A DNA stretch of 64,000 bases from Chiloscyllium plagiosum (Eukaryota): NCBI RefSeq assembly GCF_004010195.1, contig NC_057758.1, forward strand, positions 6,396,842 through 6,460,841. Direction: 5' to 3'. Made by a program: the position numbers and the translations under genes. The notes under the pieces were generated by a model. The model was not told the origin of the DNA. It did not search any database and saw only the letters and a list, made by a program, of their open reading frames with translations. Below, in pieces: positions 38,214 to 50,850 of this stretch. Positions within the stretch are counted from its first letter, which is position 1; every line of letters begins with the position of its first letter.

Positions 38214-38547
38214 GGGCGGCACGGTGGCACAGTGGTTAGCACTGCTGCCTCGCAGCGCCAGAGACCCGGGTTCAATTCCCGCCTCAGGCGACTGACTGTG
38301 TGGAGTTTGCACATTCTCCCCGTGTCTGCGTGGGTTTCCTCTGGGTGCTCTGGTTTCCTCCCACACTCCAAAGATGTGCAAGTCAGGTGAATTGGCCATG
38401 CTAAATTGCCCGTAGTGTTAGGTAAAGGGGTAAATGTAGGGGTATGGGTGGGTTACGCTTCGGCGGGTCGGTGTGGACTTGTTGGGCCGAAGGGCCTGTT
38501 TCCACACTGTAAGTAATCTAATCTAATCTAATCTAAGTAATCTAATC
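38214..38547 (+). mobile_element. HE1-type tRNA-derived V-SINE, full length and young
   Basis: Pol III A box TGGCACAGTGG and B box GGTTCAATTCC, V-domain TGTGGAGTTTGCACATTCTCCCCGTGTCTGCGTGGGTTTCC, CR1-like tail and (TAATC)n terminus. Confidence 0.95.
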
Positions 38548-39812
38548 AAAAATTTATGGACATAAATAACGTTCAAAATGCCCTCTGTCTGTAATACTGA
38601 AAGAAATGCAAACTTGTCCAATTCTGTCAGAAATGTGAATTACGGCCAATAAAAGTATTCACAGTCCTGAACAATGAGGATTGCATTTTGGAGAAGTGCA
38701 TGCGCATATTACTTATTGACATTGTACAGGCCAATTTCGGAATGGCAGGGATGGATACGAGCTCGATAAAACACAATATTTAATATTGTTTAATAATTCG
38801 TTCCCTTCGATGTCAGACCGTTTTTACAATCGGAATGTTGTGGTTCAGAGATTAATTAAGTGGTCAATTGTTGGCATTTGTGCAAAGTGCCCTGTGTTTG
38901 ATAATTCCAGCGGTTTCTGCGTGTTTGTGTCGATCTCGGATAGTGCCAGTGAATATGGATTTCCTTCTGCATTAAATAGCATCTGGTTCTGTATTTGACC
39001 AAGAGTTTCTCCCCATCTCTCACTGTCAGATTCATGATTGTATATAACTGTGGGATTCTGTTGCTGGACATGTACTGATCGCGAGATTCATTCTGTCTCT
39101 GAATCATACTCTCTGTTAGTGTGTATTATTAGTTAAATTCTCCTGTCATGTATGCAAGTTTTAGATTCACTCAGCACTCAGGTCACTCTTATTTTTTGCA
39201 TGCTTGATGAATTATGTCCATACGTTTAATTTTACTGGAAGGGACTTGAATTCCATCTTTAATATTTCAATACAAATGGGAGAAGGGCAGAAACAAAATT
39301 AGTGTCTGCAAATGACAGGATAATGCACACTTACCATGCAATAGTTAACAAAACTAAAGAAAATAAAGGCAGAGGTTACAATCTGTGTTACTGTTTCTTG
39401 TCCTCGTCACTATTTACAAGATACTCAATATCTATCCGATTATGCGTGAATTCTGCCAGATTTCGCAATATAACGCGAAAATGGCTGGTGTCACTCGGTT
39501 CAAAACCATCTTGTTCCAGCAAATGATCCTTGATTAAAGCTACCAGTTCATTGGATTTGCAGAAATGTCAATTCAGTCCCATTTCAGTGTGAAAACACTT
39601 ATGAAGCTTGTCACTGGAATTTGCAGAGCTGGGAGTTTCTTCTCAGTGGATTGTTTCCGACTGCAATCCCTGATTCAAACGTAAACTCACCATGTCTGTT
39701 TCCGATGTAAAATCTTGATGGGCATGACAAATTCCAATAACCGGAATGATTTTCAATTTGAAAATCTAATTCCAGTGTCATGTTTTCATTATTTCAATGA
39801 ACTCATTCGACT

Positions 39813-39884
39813 TGCCTGCCCAGTGAATTGAATCCTAAACGCCCATGATACAGACCGGGATACTAACCACTGTGAGAACGAGGA
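39813..39884 (-). pseudogene. tRNA-Asp-derived pseudogene
   Basis: Minus strand TCCTCGTTCTCACAGTGGTTAGTATCCCGGTCTGTATCATGGGCGTTTAGGATTCAATTCACTGGGCAGGCA resembles vertebrate tRNA-Asp(GTC) (TCCTCGTTAGTATAGTGGT.AGTATCCCCGCCTGTCAC...). Stems and anticodon are corrupted. Confidence 0.7.
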
Positions 39885-40389
39885 ACAGACATTGAAGCCT
39901 TGAAATTTTGGCGTTTCGATCAGATATTGAATCCTCCATTTGCTAATAAAGGGTTGGCCCAGTCCATTCAGATATGTAACTGCACCTATGGGACTGATCA
40001 GCTGTGTTTGCCTTCAGTACATTCGGATTGAGAGTACGAGGATGACAGGGAATAGTTCCTTGTGTGCACTGATTTCGCTTGATTCTTGAATGCAATTTGT
40101 CAAATTTATTAATACAAGATTGAGAAGGTTGTTGAATTGCCGAAATTCTCTGGAACTTCAATTCACCCCAATCTGGATGACAACAGATTCGTTTATCTGC
40201 GTGCGTTTGGGAGCATGCGCAGGTCTGAATATTTCTGGGGTGTTCAAAGTCATTAAATGCCTTCCTTTGTGGCCTCCGGAAACCATGCACAGTCAGCAGT
40301 AGATTTCATCGAAAAGCTTTCGGGAATTCAGTCAGAGGGGCAGAGAACGAGGACAGTAGTTCACAGCATAATACAAAGTGACGGCTCCA

Positions 40390-40585
40390 ACGACACACAC
40401 ACACACACGCGTACACACACACAAACACAGGCACACACATACATACAAACAACACACACAAACACGCGCGCACACTCTCAAACATGCAAAAACAAGCACA
40501 TAGACATACAAACATACACAGACACACAGACTTTCAAGCAGGCACAAAGAAACACACACAGGCGCACACACAAACAAACACACCG
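40390..40585. repeat. Degenerate (CA)n-rich tract
   Basis: CA-rich low complexity; the equivalent tract at 62620-62750 is shorter. Confidence 0.85.
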
Positions 40586-40809
40586 GATTTAAGAAGAATT
40601 GTGATTGGAATGGCAACCCTCAGAGTCGAACGTGCCCATGAGGAGAAATGCTTCTGCTCCTTCTGTAACGAGGAAGTAACTTAATTTTGGGCATCATTCG
40701 TGACACCGAGCATTTACCTGGAACTATATGCAGGTACTTCTGCGTGAAGACTTTTTTCAGAAGTTAAGGTGACTTTTATTGCACATTATCTCTTTTTTTT
40801 AATCTCTAT

Positions 40810-41760
40810 CATTGATTCGGATGAAAATGTACATGGAAAATTCAGTAAGTTCGCTCATGACAATAAAAATTGGATGAATCGTGGACCGTGAGGAAGTTTA
40901 TCATAACTTGCAGTAGGACCTTTATCAGCGCGAGAAGTTGGCCGAGAAATGGCAAACAGGGGTTCATACAGATAAGGGTGGGGTGTTGTATTTTGAATTA
41001 AGCAACGTTCAGAGTTTCATGGTGAATGGTCGGACCTTAAGGAGTGTATTGCAACAGAGGGAACTTGGAGTTCAGGCACAACTTGATTCGAAGTGAAGTT
41101 AGAGGTGGACAGGGCAGTGAAGAAGGCTTTCAGCACACTGGCCTTCATCAGTCAAGGTATTGAGTATTGAAGTTGGGAAGGTATGTTGCAGTTTTACAGG
41201 ATGTTGGCTAGGCTGCAGTTGGAGTATTGTGTTCAGTTTTGGCCGCTTTGCTATAGGAAGGATGATATTAAGCTGGAAAGAATGCAGAATACATTCAGAA
41301 AAAATGATGCCCGAGCTCAATCGCCTGAGTTTTCGGGACAGTTTGGTCAAGTTTGGGTTTTTTCATGACAGTGTAGGACACGGAGGAGTTATCTTGAAGA
41401 CCACGAGAAGCTTGGATAGCAGGAATGCACACAGTATTTTTCTCAGGCTTTGCGAATCGAGGAACGCAGGGAACTAGTTTAATGTTCGAGAGGAAACCGT
41501 AAAAAGGGAAACTGAGGAGTTTTTTTAGACAGAGGATTGTACGCATGTGAAGTGAGCTGCCGTGGAAGTGGTTGAGGTGGGTGCGTTAACAACAAGTATA
41601 CGTCATTTGGACAAATTCCTGGGTAGGAAATTGGTGTGTATGGACCAGTTGCAAGCAACTGTGCTCCGCGTGGTTGGATGTTTTCATTGGCAAGGACCAG
41701 TTTCGATCAAAAGCCCTGACTCCGTTCTGTAAAACTCTCTGCCTCTTTGACTCTATTGCA
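40810..41760 (+). mobile_element. CR1 RT C-terminus and 3-prime tail, decayed (duplicated at ~62975-63905)
   Basis: SKFAHDNK..WQTG..MLQFYRMLARLQLEYCVQFWP.YRKDDIKLERMQ. Confidence 0.85.
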
Positions 41761-43499
41761 GAGACTCCATTGAACAGAGGTGCACAATAGAACACAATCA
41801 TTGTTACACGCATGAACGCGCAAACGCACACAAGATAGACACACACATCTTGAAGTACATAGCAACACAGTTAAAGACACATACTTGGAATCATAGCCGT
41901 GGATAAGTAGATAGAGAAAGAGGCTGATCCACGCACACATAAACACACCCCTCTCCACATAAACACGCACACAGACACACGTTAAACAACACGTTCCCAG
42001 AAACAGCGACATATGCAAACTTACACAGCACACACACATACTTAAACCAAGGCATACATATTAACATATAGACTAACAAATCTGGAGAATCACCAACACA
42101 CACACAAGAATGTGATGCATCTGTTTTCAATATGAGGTCTTTAATTTCTGTGTAGGGTCTGTGTGTTCAGTGTGTGGTCCTGGAGTTCTGTGTCAGGTCT
42201 GCACACTAAATTTGAGGTCCCATGTTCAGTGTGGGCAACTGAGAGAGAGTCCTTCCAAAACGGCACATATTTCCCTTCATGACACCCGTTCTTCCTGAAC
42301 CTATTCAGCCAAAATACATAGAATGCCCATTCCCCAGCTGTATCGCCAGATCTGTACCATGAAACGTGTGTGAATTTAGACGCAGGTGATCACCAATGCA
42401 GTTTTGTTTGTATCCTGAAACCTAGGGGAGTGGCATTGGCCGGAGGGGATTGGCATATGTCAGTGTTAACGGCACCGAAACCTTCTCAGGAATGTCTGAA
42501 TTGGGATTAGTCTCTCTTGGAGATTTGGAGACTGTCATATTTGCTAACATCTCTGAGACCGAGATTGAACTTTCGAGAAGCATGTCAGACACTGGATGCG
42601 GCCTGTGTGTCCCAGGTTTGTTCTGGATGAGAAAGAAGTATGGGGCAGTTCCAATAAGGTTGACATCTGTATTGGAGAAGGCCAGACTCCCTCAAAATAT
42701 TTTAAAGTGACGCACCAGAGCCGAATATTCTTTCTTAGGCGGATGGACAGTGGAAATTCCAGGAGTGGTGAGCTGATCAAACAGAACGTTTTGATGGAAA
42801 ACAAAATTTGTTTGAACACTACGTATGAAACAGGAACAGAATGAAAACAGAATTTTGAATAACTTCACGTAGTTGAAAACCCAAACGCCTCTATTGCAAG
42901 TTAGCGAGGGAGCTGTTCCAATTTCTGCAACATCCCAAAACGCACCACTTAGCAAAAGGCAAATTCAAACTCAGGTTCATACGTACAGGAGAGCTTTCAG
43001 AGAAAAAGCTGGTGATAAACATATGTTGAAGCATGGAACATCTGTTTGTTGTAGCTGTTTCTGTTACCAGGGTATTTCTAACAAACTGCTAAAAATGAAC
43101 AAACTAGAAAATATCATGAACAGGGAGAATTGCAAATTCCCTCCTACTATTGAAAGTAGCCCTCCACAGACATATCAGAAACTCTGTCTTCACGATCCCT
43201 CTTCAATATAAACAAGGCCAACGTAACTTTGTTAAAGGGCCAGAATCGACAAACACGTTAGCATCATTGGTTAAAAACTACAAAGGGAAAACGGATTGCT
43301 GACGCAGCCCATCAGCCCAACAGCCCCACCCTCAGCCTGTTTGACAGATACTTGCACAAACCCAATTATCTTTCAGGTTATCTATTCATGCCTCCCCGCT
43401 TATCCCCCTCATAGCCTTCCGAGTTGGGCCCATTCTCAGTCCTTCAGTCCTTGTTGCCACTTAGACTTCAATTGTGTTATACTCACTGATTTGCTCCCT

Positions 43500-44300
43500 G
43501 CCAACATTTAATGTCCTGAAGCTTACCATTAAGAGAAAATCAAACCATTCCCACTTGACGTTCAATGGTATCTACATTATATTACACACTGACAACCACC
43601 CATTCCCCACCCTGCCACCCACAGCTTTCAACTACTATCATCCTGGGTCTGAAAATTGAGCCAGAAACTAACCTGAACCAGCCATATCAATACAGTGGCT
43701 AAAGTGCGACTCAGAGGTGAGAAATCCTGCAGCGGCTAATTTAGCTCCTTACTCTCCCTTCCACTCACCTCCAACCCTCGCAACTCGCAAAATCTATCTA
43801 CCACTGAGAAGGCACAACTGAGTTGCGTGAAACCCACTTGCCTGGATTTTTGCAGCTGCAATTACACTCAAGAGACTCGATTCAGGGAAAAAAAAGTTCA
43901 ATTGATTGAGAGGACATCCACACACATCATACTCGCTCGACCACCAAATCTCAGTGGCAGTGTGTACCTTCCACAAGGTGCACATCAGAAATTCACCAGA
44001 ACTCCTGATTGAGCACCTTTATACCCCGTGACCATTTCCAGCCAGCTGGACAAGGAATGCAGACGCATGGGATCACAGCCTCTCCAAGCCACTAACCATT
44101 GTGACTTGGAAGTGTATCGCATTCCTTCACTGTCACAGGTTAAAATTCTGGAAGTCCCTCCCATATGGAATCATAGGTCTACACAGAGCACACAGACTGC
44201 TTTGTTTCAAGAGCGCAGTCCACCACCTCCTTCTCAAGAGGAACAATGGAGAGCAAAAATGTTGGCCGAACAAGTGGCTCTCATTTTAAGTGAATGAATA
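43500..44300 (+). mobile_element. Non-LTR retrotransposon 3-prime fragment (CR1/L2 group)
   Basis: HLTFNGI..ILG..I.QKL.*TSHINTVA.. RT C-terminal remnant and tail ..FKSAVHHLLLK. Related tails at ~6450-6900 and 44350-44530. Confidence 0.6.
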
Positions 44301-45235
44301 GGAATGAAAGGTCAGTGAAATATTTCGAGAGTTTCTTCAAAGTCACTGGATCAAAATTGTCTAATTGCTTCACAGACGGCTTATTGTTAGTCTGCGTGCA
44401 GCACACTGACCACTGCAGTTCAAGAAGGAGTTCAGCCACATTCTATTCTCAAGGGGCGCAAATAGGGATGGACAACAAATGGCGGACCGGCCAATGTGCA
44501 CCACGTCTTGTGAATGAAATGTAATGAAGGGTGAGTGAAGACAATGATGATGTGCTTTCAGAGGGTACTGATCTGTGAGATGTCCTTCTTCTCTCCCCCA
44601 ACATCTGAGATCCCGACGCCATCTTATTGCATTCCTATCGCCGAAAGATTTTCTATCACTCAGACTTGATCCAATTTCAGACCTCACTGTGAAAATGTTA
44701 CTTCACAAAAACGCTTAGACATGAATGTAAGAAACCAGGATCATTACGACGATAGAGTAATGTACAATCCTCGAGCTGGCATTTGCTGAACTACATCCGA
44801 GGATATCAGTAACAAAATTGATCACACTGAGATTCTCTTTATCTATCTGTGCTGTTGATTTTCTTTTCACACTTTATTAATTTCTCTCTCCTCCCTCATT
44901 AATGTCTTTGTCGCTGTTTCTATCTTGAACGTTATTATTTTTACTCCCTCGCCTATGTCAAACAATATACGATTCATTCTCTCTGTAAAGTCTTCATTCA
45001 AACACTCTTTCATTCTCATTGCCCAATCTCGCTTACTCCAAATCTTTTTTCCATGTATCTCTCTTTCATTAGTCTTTGTTCCTGTTTTTCCTCTGGAACA
45101 CATTCATCTTCTTTCACTGTCCCTCGTTAATCATTCTCTCACGCACAGTTCTCTCTTCATTCTCTGCTCCGCATTCCACTCGAACACATTTATCTCCTTT
45201 CTCTCTGCCACTCGTTATTCTCTATACCTGTATTT

Positions 45236-46690
45236 CAATAGACAATAGGTGCATTAGGAGGCTATTCTGCCCTACGAGCCTGCACCACCATTCAATATGA
45301 TAATGGCTGATCATCCATAATCAGTATCCTGTTCCTGCCTTATCTCCATGACCCTTGATTCAACTATCCTTGTGAGCTCTATCCAACTCTTTCTGAAATG
45401 AATCCAGAGATTGGGCCTCCCCTGCCCTCTGGGGCAGACCATTCCACACAGCCACCACTCTCTGGGTGAAGACGTTTATCCTCATCTCTGTCCTAAATGG
45501 TCTACCCCGTATTTTTAAGCTATGTCCTCTGTTTCGGCACTCACCCATCAGCGGAATCATGTTTCCTGCCTCCAGAGTGTCCAATCCTTTAATAATCTTA
45601 TATGTCTCATTCAGATTCCTTCTCATTCTTCTAAACGCAAGGGCATACAAGCCCACTCGCTCCAATCTTTCAGCGGAAGTTAGTCCCGCCATTCCAGAAA
45701 TTGACCTTGTGAACCAATGCTGCACTCACTCAATAGCCAGAATGTCTTTCCCCAAATTTGGAGACCAGAACTGCACACAATACTTCAGCTGTGGTCTCAC
45801 CAGGGCCCTGTACAGTTGCAGAAGGACCTATTTGCTTCTTTATTCAATCCCTCTTGTTATGAAGGCCAGCATGCTATTAGCCTTCTTCACTACCTGCTGT
45901 ACCTGCATGCTTACCTTCATTGACTGGTGTACAAGCACACCCAGATCTCTTTGTACTGCCCCTTTACCTAAATTGATTCCATTTGACTACCTGTGCTTGC
46001 CACCAAAGTTGATAACCATACATTTATCCACATCAAATTGTATCTGCCATGCGTCTGACCACTCACCTAACCTGTCCAGATCATCCTGTAATCTCCTAAC
46101 ATTCTCCTCACATTTCACCCTGCCACCCAGCTTAGTATCATCAGCAAATTTACTATCGTTATTACTAATACCATCTTCTATATCATTAATATATATTGTA
46201 AAAAGCTGCGGTCCCAGCACTGCTCCCTGCGGTACCCCACTGGTCACTGCCTGCCATTCCGAAATGGAACCGTTTATCACTGCTCTTTGTTTCCTGTCAG
46301 CCAACCAACTTTCAATCCAAGTTAGTACTTTGCCCCCAACACCATGCGCACTAATGTTGCTCACTAACCTCCTATGTGGAACTTTATCAAAAACTTTCTG
46401 AAAGTCCAGGAGCACTACATCTACTGGATCTCCCTCCTCCATCATCAGAGTTACTTCCTCAAAAAATTCCAAATGATTAATCAAGCATGATTTCCCCTTC
46501 ATAAATGCATGCTGACTCTGACCTATCCTGTTATTACTGTTCAGATGTTTCGTAATTTCATCCTTTATAATAGACACCAGCATCTTTCCCACCACTGAGG
46601 TCAGATGAACTGGTCTATAATGTCCAGCTTTCTCTCTCCCACTTTTCTTAAAAGGTGGTACAACATTAATCTGCAGGAACTGATCCGGCT
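45236..46690 (-). mobile_element. Relatively young CR1 LINE, 5-prime truncated, with internal deletions
   Basis: ORF 45987-46718(-): YRPVHLTSVVGK..QHAFMKGKSCL..LDFQKVFDKVPH..GVPQGAVLGP.LF..SKFADDTKLGG; (CTATTGT)n tail at 45236-45248. Confidence 0.95.
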
Positions 46691-47479
46691 TTCTAACCCG
46701 TTTACCTTCCTTCTGCATACCTCACATTATTCTCTCTAACACATTAATCTTCTGTCTCTGTTTCCTCATTCCGGTTTGCACCTCGATTTCTCTGTAATAC
46801 CTGTATTTACAGTATTTTGTCCCCTCCACCTCTCCTGTTAATCTTGCAATCTCCATTATGCTTCTCTCTTGCTTCCTCATCACTCCCTCGACCTTTATTT
46901 TATGCTCTCTCTCTGTCCATTAAGCCTCCTTCTACATGTCTTAACTTTTATCTTGGCTGCACTTCGTGCCACAGTGTCAATTTCCAAACTCTGCAGGATC
47001 TAACTCAGTGGCAGGCCTGTCCGTAAATGGCAAATCCTGTGCTCAATCTGTGAAGGGTCGTTCACATCAATTCCTGATGGATGAAACCACCTGTGGCAAC
47101 TTACTTAATATTAAACCTCCCACGATCAGTGTTGACCTCCCCAAAATCACGTATTGCGCGGAGCAGTGGCAGAGCTTATATTATCGCCCAACAAGTTCTG
47201 CAGAGTCACAGTGAGATCAATGAAACAAAGGAGCCTTGTTCAGCGGGCTTGGAGATCTCTGTAGTTAATAATCTCTCAAGTACTGAGTTCTTGACTTGTT
47301 CAAGTGACAGTGAGCAGACAATCGAAACGGTGGAGTGAGATCAAATACCATGATAAGAAATGTTCAGTTCCCACCCACCCACCGACCTCCGCACATGCAC
47401 CCACAACCCAACCTCCACCCCCATCCCACCCTATGGCAAGCCAGTCGTTCCGGATTGACGTCCCACCTGTGGCTTTTGA

Positions 47480-48200
47480 ATTCCAGGAGCAGTGTCAGGA
47501 ATTAACTCATGGCTGAGTATAATACATACATCTGTCTGCATCAGTGGTGCTAAGATTAAGATGGTCAGGAGCGTTACCAGACGTAACGATCACCAACAAA
47601 ATGTCCAGAGCTTCCCCATCGATGTTACGGTGAAGAACGAACAAGAATGTCTTTACGTTCTCAGAGGGCTAAGGAAATTCCTTATGTACATCAAGAAGCT
47701 TACTTTTTATTTCTCGTGCACTATACAATGTATCCTGTCTGTGTGTATCACAACTTGGTACGGTAACTGCTATGCCCAATACCGAAAGAAATACCATAGA
47801 GTCATGAATATGCCCAGTGTACTTTCAGATTAGTTGACAATCCATTGACTCCATTTATGCTTCCCGCTGCCTCGGGAAAGCAGCCGACAGAATCAAATAT
47901 CCCACAACTCACCAGGATTATACTATCTTTCATCCTCTTCTGACGGGTAGAAGATTTAAATGTTTTAATTCAAATATCAATAGATTCAAGAACAACTTTT
48001 CCCACTCTGGTCACAACCTTTGAAACAAACCTGCGAAATTCTAATCTTTGTTTTCTCTCTGCTGCGTGTCTGAAGCTGTAACAATGTATTCTGCACTCTG
48101 TTCTTTTCGGATAATGTACTTTTATGATATGACTTGCCGAGATAGCAAGTCTTTTTCATTTTATGTCAGTACATGTTACAATACCGCTAAATCTACCGTT
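47480..48200 (+). mobile_element. Rex1/Babar-like LINE 3-prime fragment
   Basis: SVCISGA..MV..IDVTVKNEQECLYVLRGLRKF..LTFYFSCTIQCILSVCITTWYGNC.AQ.RKK. Confidence 0.8.
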
Positions 48201-49329
48201 AATACTTGCTCAGAGTGTTTCACGTTACTCTGAATTTCTAAATGATTTACTGATACCTCCTTAATAATAGATTCTAACATGTTCCCAATGGTAGACGTTA
48301 AGCTAACTTTAGTTGTGTTATATTTGTCTCTAAATCTTTTTGGATAGGTTCGCTTGCAGTAAGCCAATTTTAAGGACGAACTAGTGATAAAGCCCATGAG
48401 ACCATACGACATCGGAGCACAAATTCAGGCCATCGAGTCTTCTCTGACATTCAATCTGGCTGGTACGTTTCTCAAAAAAAAATCCCTCGCCATCTCATGG
48501 TAACCTTAGGTTTCCTTCATAGTGAGGAACCTATCCCTCTCAGTCCAAAATGAATGTAATTACTTCGTCTACATAACCTTCTGTTGCAATGAATTCCATC
48601 GATTAGCCACTCTCTTTTTGAAGATTGCTTTTACATATCTCTGTTCTTAAGGTTCGGAAAGAGGCTTGAGGGTCTGAATTGCCTGAATCTGTAGCATTCT
48701 AGCAAGAGTATATAGGTTAAACGCAGGAAAGCATGTTCGCGATGACCAGATGAGTTCAAAACCAAGGGGGTCTCAGTCGAAGGCATTCAGGATAGGGCAT
48801 TTAGAACGGAGGTAGGGGATCTTTCCTGACTCAGAGAACGCGGAGACTGTGGAACTGTCTGCCATTTAAAGCAGTCAAGGCGAAAAAAATGAATATTATT
48901 TTTCGAAGTAATAAGATATGGCTCCTGGAACGACATGGATCAAAGGGTATGGTGAGAAAACAGTAACAGGGGTAGTGTTGGATGATCACCAAAGGTCACA
49001 TTGAATGTTATAGCAGGCTCGAATGCTTGAATGATCTATCCCTGCTCAGAGTTTCTGTTTTTCACTATGAAACAAATGGTGCTGTGATTCATTCCAGAAT
49101 AGCTGCATAACTTCGTTTGAAGCCGACAGAATGGCAACCGGCAGTTAATCTGTTCCATGAAGGATGTAAATATTTGACATCATGAAAGTATTCAACAATC
49201 TGTTGGCAACTCAGGTGAAACTTTCTGAAATTTATAAATACAATCTTTCACTTATGTGGGCATCGCTGCCTTAGTGCATCATTTTATGTTTGGTACCGGA
49301 GTAAAGAAAAATATTCTGTTCCCTCTCGT

Positions 49330-49730
49330 TTGTATAGCAATAATGAGGGGGTCCACACTTGCACGATTGTAAATAAGACAGTTAGGAGCGAGAATAAAAA
49401 TAAAGGGATACAGTTCTGAGGCTTTATAAGTCTCTGGTCTGGCCAGACCACATTTTGATCATTGTGAGCAAGTTTGGGCCTATGTCTCAGGAAGGATGTG
49501 CTGGTCCGCGAGCGCGTCTGGAGGACGTGCGACAATACTCCAAGGAATGAAAGGCTTAACGTATGAAGAAAGGTTTAGGAATGTGGGCCGCGAGAATTTC
49601 GAAGGATGAAGGATGAACAAATTGAAACATACAGAATACTGAAAGGCCTCGATGGAGTGGAGGAGGGAAGATGTTCCATTTAGCATGAGAGACCAAGATC
49701 AGAGGGCACAGACTTCGGTGAAGATTGCGA
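49330..49730 (+). mobile_element. CR1 3-prime fragment
   Basis: LRLYKSLV.PHFDHCEQVWAYVSG.DVL.. remnant. Confidence 0.7.
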
Positions 49731-50235
49731 TGCTGGACGGACTTCCAGCCCAACTGCTTGTTCTGTGGTGCTGGGGCGTTCAGGACCAATGATATGTGGG
49801 GTGTTTCATTTTGAGTTTCTTGAAAAGCTTCTCCTCTGCTTTTGGTTGCACGTAAGCCCCACGGTCCTGATCTTTGGACACCCAATACCAATATAAAAGG
49901 ATAGTTCGGAGGAACTCCTCGTGGGTCTGCTACTGCGCCTGTGCAATCTGGTCATAAACAGGTCTCGGCAGCGGGACGTGGAGGGGACCGTTACGACCGA
50001 TTGCCTCCCCGTCTTAAGTGTTCACATTTGAGCCCGGATATCCCTGAAGAAGGAGCACACGGTGCCTACCAACATCCTCGAAGTTTTCAGGGACAGGCGG
50101 GCACAGCTGGGAGTGGAGTGTTTTATCTCTCCCCTCCTACTCTATTTTGATTTTATCCCTGCTCTCCCCTTCATCTTTTTGATCATTGAACATTGCTCTT
50201 TGGCGCGAAGGGCACTTTTTGTCACTAGCCCCTAT
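49730..50235 (+). mobile_element. Tx1-like (L1 group) LINE ORF2 C-terminus
   Basis: TDFQPNCLFCG (Zn knuckle)..LLLCFWLHVSPTVLIFGHP..LLVGLLL.L.NLVINRSRQ..DCLP..FRDR.AQLGVECFI. Confidence 0.8.
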
Positions 50236-50574
50236 GATGCTTCCTTCCTTCCTGCTGGTGGAAAAAGAATAAGGGTTTATGCACATGTTGCTTTTCATTG
50301 TGTCTCGCAACTGCACATGCACAACTTGGATGCTAGGGAAGAACAGAAAGAAAAAATAAATTCAAAACCGATCATTCCTCACTTCGTGCACCAGTCAGTC
50401 TAGCCCAGGAATCAGTTTCGTATCCCTTTATTGCACTTTCTCACTTAAGGATGTCAAAACTGGAGTAATATATTAACTAACATTGCTTCATATTATATTA
50501 TATCATGTTATATTATGAAATATTGTGTTATACCATATCAAGCTCTGTTTGCCACATTTCGATTTCCTTCATTG

Positions 50575-50850
50575 AACAGCACAATGGATCAGTGGTTCGC
50601 ATTCCCGTCTCACAGCACCAGGAGTGAGGCTCCATTCCACAATTGCATACTGGCTGTGCAGAGTTGTACTCTCACCTCTGCTCTGTTGGGTTTCCTCTGA
50701 CTTCTCTAGTTGTCTCGCACATTCCAAAGATGTCGCAGTTTAGTTAAATTAGACTTAGTGAATCAAGGCTAAAAGCTGGAGGATGAGAATTTCATCTGGT
50801 CTTGGAGCTCTTCAAGGGGTCGGCATGAACTCGGTGGTTCTATATCATAA
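50575..50850 (+). mobile_element. HE1-like SINE, highly decayed
   Basis: CAGTGGTTCGCA..TCACAGCACCAGG..GGGTTTCCTCTG..TCCAAAGATG. Confidence 0.65.

Larger units (their letters stand above)
39660..41850 (+). repeat. Segmental duplication copy 1 (partner 61890-64000)
   Basis: Collinear from CTGCAATCCCTGATTCAAACG to CAAGATAGACACACACAT, with scattered substitutions and small indels. Confidence 0.95.

Noticed and set aside
38214..38290. Functional tRNA gene
   Set aside because: It is the tRNA-derived head of a HE1 SINE, continuous with the V-domain and LINE-like tail.
39940..40310. Ig-like motifs (LILECNLS..ILWNF; SLELQF..FIC) in the duplicated block
   Set aside because: The motifs overlap in incompatible frames with many stops; not distinguishable from chance by eye.
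40257..42130. Cys/Val- or His/Thr-rich ORFs
   Set aside because: Translations of CA/TG low-complexity tracts.
45466..46401. 311-aa plus-strand ORF
   Set aside because: It is the antisense reading of the CR1 reverse transcriptase on the minus strand, a common shadow ORF.
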